The translations under genes were made by a program, and so were the position numbers. Positions 59,333 to 64,000 of a DNA stretch of 64,000 nucleotides are shown piece by piece; the first letter of the stretch is position 1, and each line of letters starts with the position of its first letter. The stretch comes from an uncultured bacterium (GTDB lineage Bacteria; Zixibacteria; MSB-5A5; UBA10806), in contig CBEUCH010000004.1 in the NCBI GenBank assembly GCA_965541585.1, forward strand, positions 64,001 to 128,000. Direction: 5' to 3'. The notes under the pieces are model-generated. The model saw only the letters and a list, made by a program, of their open reading frames with translations, had not been told where the DNA came from and ran no database searches.

Positions 59333-60328
59333 TCACAATTCCAGGTGCGGAATCGCATTCAGGTCCAGATCGCTGGTTTCACCCTTCTCCAGATGAAAGG
59401 CGCCGCAGGCGGCTATCATGGCGCCGTTATCGGTGCAGAGCTCCGGGCCGGGGAAGAAGATCTTTAGATTTCGTGATTTTCGCTCCTCAAAGATATCCCT
59501 GAGTCTCTTATTTCGGGCGACTCCACCGCTAACTGAAATCCGATCGATCCCCAGCTTATCGGCGGCTTTTATGGCCTTTATGGCCAGTATTTCAACGATC
59601 GCCTCCTGAAACGATGCCGCCAGATCGGCGAGATGTTGCCGAATAAACTCGGGATTTTTTTCCCGCAGATATACCGAAACGGCAGTTTTCAATCCCGAGA
59701 AAGAAAACTCGAAGCTCTCTTTTCCCATACGGGCCCGGGGGAAATGAACGAATGCTCTGTCCCCGGATGCGGCGGCACTTTCGATTGCAGGACCTCCCGG
59801 GTACCCCAGACCGAGGAGTTTGGCGACTTTATCGAACGCTTCGCCGGGCGCATCGTCCCTAGTTGCCCCCAAGAGCTTATACCGGCCCCAATCCTCCACC
59901 AGGAATAGACTGGAATGGCCTCCCGATGCCACCAGAGCTATATGCGGTGTTCGCAGATCTTTATGATCCAATTTCCCGGCAAATATATGACCCTCCAGGT
60001 GATTGACCCCGAAGAACGGTATTCCTCTGGCGAGGTGAACCGATTTGACAAATGACAGTCCAACCAGAAGGCAGCCCACGAGGCCCGGACCATGAGTAAC
60101 CGCCAGCCCGTCGATATCCGCAAGCGTCACGCCAGCCTTAGCGAGCGCCTTATCGGTGATCCCCACCAACTCGGTTATGTGAATCCGGGAAGCGATCTCC
60201 GGCACCACGCCGCCGTATATCTCATGGATCTCCTGCGATAGAATAATATTGGAGAGAATCTCCCTGCCGTCTTTGACAATCCCGACCGAGGTCTCGTCGC
60301 AGGAGGTTTCAACCCCAAGCACCAGCAT
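59333..60328 (-). CDS. tsaD: tRNA t6A37 threonylcarbamoyltransferase
   Basis: GVETSCDET, GGVVPEIASR, HLEGH, SGGH, DDAPGEAFDK, CTDNGAMI. Confidence 0.97.
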   Translation of the reverse strand: MLVLGVETSCDETSVGIVKDGREILSNIILSQEIHEIYGGVVPEIASRIHITELVGITDKALAKAGVTLADIDGLAVTHGPGLVGCLLVGLSFVKSVHLARGIPFFGVNHLEGHIFAGKLDHKDLRTPHIALVASGGHSSLFLVEDWGRYKLLGATRDDAPGEAFDKVAKLLGLGYPGGPAIESAAASGDRAFVHFPRARMGKESFEFSFSGLKTAVSVYLREKNPEFIRQHLADLAASFQEAIVEILAIKAIKAADKLGIDRISVSGGVARNKRLRDIFEERKSRNLKIFFPGPELCTDNGAMIAACGAFHLEKGETSDLDLNAIPHLEL

Positions 60329-60335
60329 TATGGTT

Positions 60336-60734
60336 TTAAGTTTTTTCGACTATGGAAATTCTATATCGGTCAAACCTTGAGAAGGATATATTTCTGAAGG
60401 CTGAGGTATCGATTGGACGAATATCTATCATGTTAAAATTATCCTCATAAACGCCAGGCCCATTAATACCGCTGAGATCTACTAAAATCTTCAAATCGTC
60501 GGAAAAGGCCAGTCTCAGAAGCTGTTTACCGGTTCCGGTTATAGCGATTTCAGCAGATTCTGGTTTGATCCCATCGATTCGGAGATTTTCCGCCAAGCCG
60601 GTAACCTCGATTTCTACGGTGAAGTTTTTCTCGTAGATCTTTTCGGTAGCCAGGTGAAGCCACAGGATCACAGCCATGACCAGGCCGCCGATTTTCCAGC
60701 CTATGTTTTTTGTGAATATCGTTCTTAGTCCCAC
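60336..60734 (-). CDS. YbbR/CdaR-like membrane-anchored protein
   Basis: N..WKI..L.MAVILW N-terminal anchor followed by a beta-rich domain. Confidence 0.6.
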   Translation of the reverse strand: MGLRTIFTKNIGWKIGGLVMAVILWLHLATEKIYEKNFTVEIEVTGLAENLRIDGIKPESAEIAITGTGKQLLRLAFSDDLKILVDLSGINGPGVYEDNFNMIDIRPIDTSAFRNISFSRFDRYRISIVEKT

Positions 60735-60736
60735 GG

Positions 60737-60937
60737 CTACTTATCGGAATGTTTAATTATTTTCCCCATGGAAACTTCACCGTTGTCAATCCTGATGTTA
60801 AAGCCGCATTCCGGATTGGTGCAAACCCAGGCCTTATACCTGATCTCCGAACCCTCCCGCCCGTAATCCGAGAGCGGCAACAGCACTCCCTTGGAACACT
60901 TCAGACATTCTGGAAACCTGTCCACATCAACCTCCAT
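60737..60937 (-). CDS. Small Zn-ribbon protein
   Basis: CLKC...CTNPEC; co-oriented and abutting the next gene. Confidence 0.65.
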   Translation of the reverse strand: MEVDVDRFPECLKCSKGVLLPLSDYGREGSEIRYKAWVCTNPECGFNIRIDNGEVSMGKIIKHSDK

Positions 60938-61207
60938 TGGCTTCGTTATATACTAAGATTAAGCAAACATCGGTTTCCTGTCAATTAGGAATTACCCTCA
61001 AAGGCATAAATTCCAGCCCCCCGATATCCCGTTATTTCCTTGATTTATCTACTAGTGCGACGACCGGAACGACGGCAGACACCCTCTACCACAGCCCGAG
61101 AGGTCTTTTCGAGGTGTAAAAAGACCCATATTTCAGGGGAATCGATAATTCTGGGAAGGGCCACGCCCGATCGATCGTCATGAGTCTGATGGCAGATCTA
61201 TAATCTA

Positions 61208-62044
61208 TTATATTAAAAACATCGCAGCCACTACCGCCGCCGCGAACAGGGTGCCTATGAAATTCACCATATCGTTGTTTACAATCCGCCAGCCGCTGAT
61301 ATGATTCGTCGGCGCTCCGCAGTGTTGTTTTTTCTCGGTGATCCGCTCGCAGGCTTTGCATCGGTACATGGCCTGGATCGATCCCCCCATTATGGAATCG
61401 AGAATCGCACCGGCCAAACCGGCGTTGACTGCAGCCAGCCAGAATTTGAATTGATACTGCTGCAATCCGAATTCCACTGCCATGACGCTGTAGCCGGAAA
61501 GCATGGTTGCCAGAGATCCGGCAACGGCGGCTAGCGTGCCTATGACGGTCACTCCGCCGGAACGCCCCGGCTCTACCCTCTTGAGCGTCGTGATCGATAC
61601 TGGATACGTTTTCGAGAGAGTCCCCAGTTCGGTCGCCCAGGTGTCGGAGGTCGCCTCGCAGAGAGCCGCCAGATATGGAAAGAACCAGATGAATTTACCC
61701 GTTATAAAATACAATATCACGCAGATTGCTCCCACTCCACCGTTAGCCAGAACCTGCCAGATATCACGTGGCCCGGTCTTGTCGAAAGTGATCATGGCCT
61801 GCCGTTTGGACGGTGTTATTATCAATGATATCAGGCTCGACGATATGAAAAAGAAAACCAGCGGCACTGCGAAAATCAAGCCGCCGAGGCCAAATACAAT
61901 TGTCCCGACAATAATCATTCCAACCGCTCCGGACCGGGATAGAGCATTAAATCTATAGGATCCGTATGCCAGGAAGAAAGCGGTCAGAAAACCTATAATC
62001 ATCTGCATAAGATCTAGACGCTCAATGACCAGCTCGGCAGGCAT
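61208..62044 (-). CDS. DUF92/TMEM19 family membrane protein
   Basis: R...QVLANG, SDTWATELG, G.SGGVT..GT, DS.MG..IQ, NND.VNF. Confidence 0.9.
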   Translation of the reverse strand: MPAELVIERLDLMQMIIGFLTAFFLAYGSYRFNALSRSGAVGMIIVGTIVFGLGGLIFAVPLVFFFISSSLISLIITPSKRQAMITFDKTGPRDIWQVLANGGVGAICVILYFITGKFIWFFPYLAALCEATSDTWATELGTLSKTYPVSITTLKRVEPGRSGGVTVIGTLAAVAGSLATMLSGYSVMAVEFGLQQYQFKFWLAAVNAGLAGAILDSIMGGSIQAMYRCKACERITEKKQHCGAPTNHISGWRIVNNDMVNFIGTLFAAAVVAAMFLI

Positions 62045-62103
62045 GGATAGATTATATGATCGGAATTACATCATGCGAAAGTCAAAAATCGAGCTTCAAT
62101 AAT

Positions 62104-62835
62104 CTATCGATTATTCGGCTGCGTATCAAATTTCAGGGGCAACTCGCCGATCCGGAAATTTTCAGTCTTGATTCCATTGGATATGTTCCGCAGGCCGGTG
62201 ATCCTCAAAGCGGTATCGAACAGGAATTCCCCAAAATCATCGGGCGCCGACTCCAGATCCGGTTTTTTCGCACCGGAGACTTCGCCTTTTAACCACGATT
62301 CCACTTCTCTGAAATTCGAGAGGGTCATGATCTTTATAGAGAGTTTTCCCACGAGATAAAAGCTTCCCGAAGTATCATCCAGAGGAATTGACACACGACT
62401 GGTGGTGGTGACCAGATCAAGAACCTCACGGTTTCTGGAAAGAATATGCTCTATCGTCAGATCGGGTCTTATTTGCACGACCGTATAATTCTTTTCCCAG
62501 GTATCGTAGCGGACCCTGAATGTTAGCTCTCTGTCCGCAATATGCTCGTCGAACCACCCCCGCCTGGTTCTCCAGACTTCGACTTCGTATTCGAATGCAG
62601 CGGGCACACCCTTGTTTATATATTCAATAAGTCGAGCCGGCAGGGAATCTACGACGGCCAGATCAGTAAGAATCAAACCCTGGTTATATTCCAGGTATCG
62701 AAATTCAATACCACTACTTCGCGTAGACGTGGTTGCGACTATGGAAAACAATAAGGCCGGATATATCGGTCGGACGAGGATTGTTAAGAGATTCCTTGAA
62801 GGCTCGGAATTCTTATTAAGCGATCTATTCTTCAC
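62104..62835 (-). CDS. DUF4390-like exported protein
   Basis: GVP..F.Y.VEVWRTRRGWFDE and VRYDTWEKNY pattern. Start uncertain. Confidence 0.55.
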   Translation of the reverse strand: MKNRSLNKNSEPSRNLLTILVRPIYPALLFSIVATTSTRSSGIEFRYLEYNQGLILTDLAVVDSLPARLIEYINKGVPAAFEYEVEVWRTRRGWFDEHIADRELTFRVRYDTWEKNYTVVQIRPDLTIEHILSRNREVLDLVTTTSRVSIPLDDTSGSFYLVGKLSIKIMTLSNFREVESWLKGEVSGAKKPDLESAPDDFGEFLFDTALRITGLRNISNGIKTENFRIGELPLKFDTQPNNR

Positions 62836-62948
62836 AAATTATTTATAATTGCCGGTCTCCATTTTTGCAACCAATTCCCGTTTGATCAGACGGAAACGCT
62901 GCGGGCCTCACCGGTTCTGTGACGGCAGGAAATCCGGACATCCCCATT

Positions 62949-64000
62949 CTAAAACAGGACATGTGCCCTGGCGGATAGCACCGGAGACTTATCAATATCG
63001 TCAAGCCGTTGGGCCAGGTTCAATCGCAGAAAATCGCCGATGAGAAGCGCGATTCCGGCGTCAGTCTTAAACTCGGCCGATTCGAAATCGCTTCCCGAGA
63101 AAGCCGCCTTGCCGCCGTCGAAGAAGACACCGGCGCCAAAATTGCTATCGAAGAAACTCCAGATGTAATCGACATTGAATAACATATACCTGTTGCCCTC
63201 GAACTCTTTATACTTATATCCCCTGAGGGATCCTATGCCACCCAGAAAATATCTTCTGAAAAGCGGCAGGTTATCATCGGAGTAACCGCCGCGGAAGCGG
63301 AAGAAAAAAGTCTGGTCGGATGTCATCGGGTAGTACGCCTTGAATTCAGCGTCGACCTTCCGGTAATCGAAACCCCCGGAGTCGGAATCAACCGTTTGCG
63401 CGTACGAGACCAGGGCCAGAATCCCGGAGTTGGCTTCATATTCGTCGTCGCGCGTATCGAAGGTTCCACTCAAGCCGAATTCTTTAAGATCGCCTTCCAT
63501 TCCGAGAATAGCGGTCGAATCGGGCAGAACCGTGGACCAATTCTCTCTGAATTTCTTCTTACCGCCGAACAGGGCCTTCTCGGCGGTTTTTTCGAGCGTC
63601 TCTATTTTTGCCCCGGTATATTGCGCGCCGAACTCAAGATAATCGTCATACCATATTCCTACGCCGCCTGAGAATCCTCTCATCCAGTAGAAATCGTAAA
63701 AATCCTCCTTTAAGAAAATACCGGCGATCGAATTCTCCGCCTCCCAGGGCATGAGCCAGCGATCCGAGGTTTCCGCCACACGATACATCCTGCCGAAGAA
63801 AGATGGCCCCCACACCCCGCCCACCTTTTGTTCGATCTGCAGATCGTATTCCCATCTTTTCAGTGTAAAGGCATAGAGCGCCTCAAATTCCAGAGTAGGA
63901 TAATCGCCGTATTTGCTCTCATACCGCATGCTCGGCCCGAGCGTGAATCCTTCCACGCGGTTGAAACGAGCTCCGACACCGAAACTTCCCTTATGCTTCT
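62949..64000 (-). CDS. BamA/TamA (Omp85) family outer-membrane protein, 5'-truncated
   Basis: FLGGIGSLRGY motif, FFDGG, terminal Phe; frame is open to the window edge (...RFNRVEG). Confidence 0.8.
   Translation of the reverse strand, partial: KHKGSFGVGARFNRVEGFTLGPSMRYESKYGDYPTLEFEALYAFTLKRWEYDLQIEQKVGGVWGPSFFGRMYRVAETSDRWLMPWEAENSIAGIFLKEDFYDFYWMRGFSGGVGIWYDDYLEFGAQYTGAKIETLEKTAEKALFGGKKKFRENWSTVLPDSTAILGMEGDLKEFGLSGTFDTRDDEYEANSGILALVSYAQTVDSDSGGFDYRKVDAEFKAYYPMTSDQTFFFRFRGGYSDDNLPLFRRYFLGGIGSLRGYKYKEFEGNRYMLFNVDYIWSFFDSNFGAGVFFDGGKAAFSGSDFESAEFKTDAGIALLIGDFLRLNLAQRLDDIDKSPVLSARAHVLF

Noticed and set aside
492..63855. Numerous short antisense or alternate-frame ORFs in the track
   Set aside because: They lie inside well-supported genes and show no motifs; treated as shadow ORFs.

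Overview
Gene-dense bacterial chromosomal window from an anaerobe or facultative anaerobe. Dockerin-like secreted proteins and a YPNPF/FlgD-Ig-type domain suggest a Zixibacteria-like lineage, which is inference only. From left to right it holds: (1) an Rrf2-headed minus-strand operon encoding an NfnB/GltD-type NAD(P)H flavoprotein, a Tat Rieske protein, a fused cytochrome b6+subunit IV, a 10-heme cytochrome c and a Tat-exported molybdopterin oxidoreductase cut by the window edge; (2) pepF, a DinB-like gene, an amidase, a structured intergenic RNA candidate and a small glycosylation cluster; (3) hdrCB, a divergent GlnE-like double nucleotidyltransferase and an orphan OFOR gamma subunit; (4) a tandem duplication of a two-gene cassette (secreted phage-fibre-like protein plus dockerin-like protein); (5) korDABC followed by hdrA-mvhD-hdrD-hdrA/mvhD and a Zn-ribbon gene, where both hdrA genes carry an in-frame TGA best read as selenocysteine with covarying SECIS-like hairpins; (6) envelope genes, a probable 2-oxoglutarate decarboxylase/SSADH pair, an AT-rich restriction-modification gene, cobB, a GTAG REP cluster, pflX, tsaD and a partial BamA/TamA-family gene. 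No rRNA, tRNA, CRISPR array or transposase was recognised. All calls come from reading motifs by eye; no database search was run.
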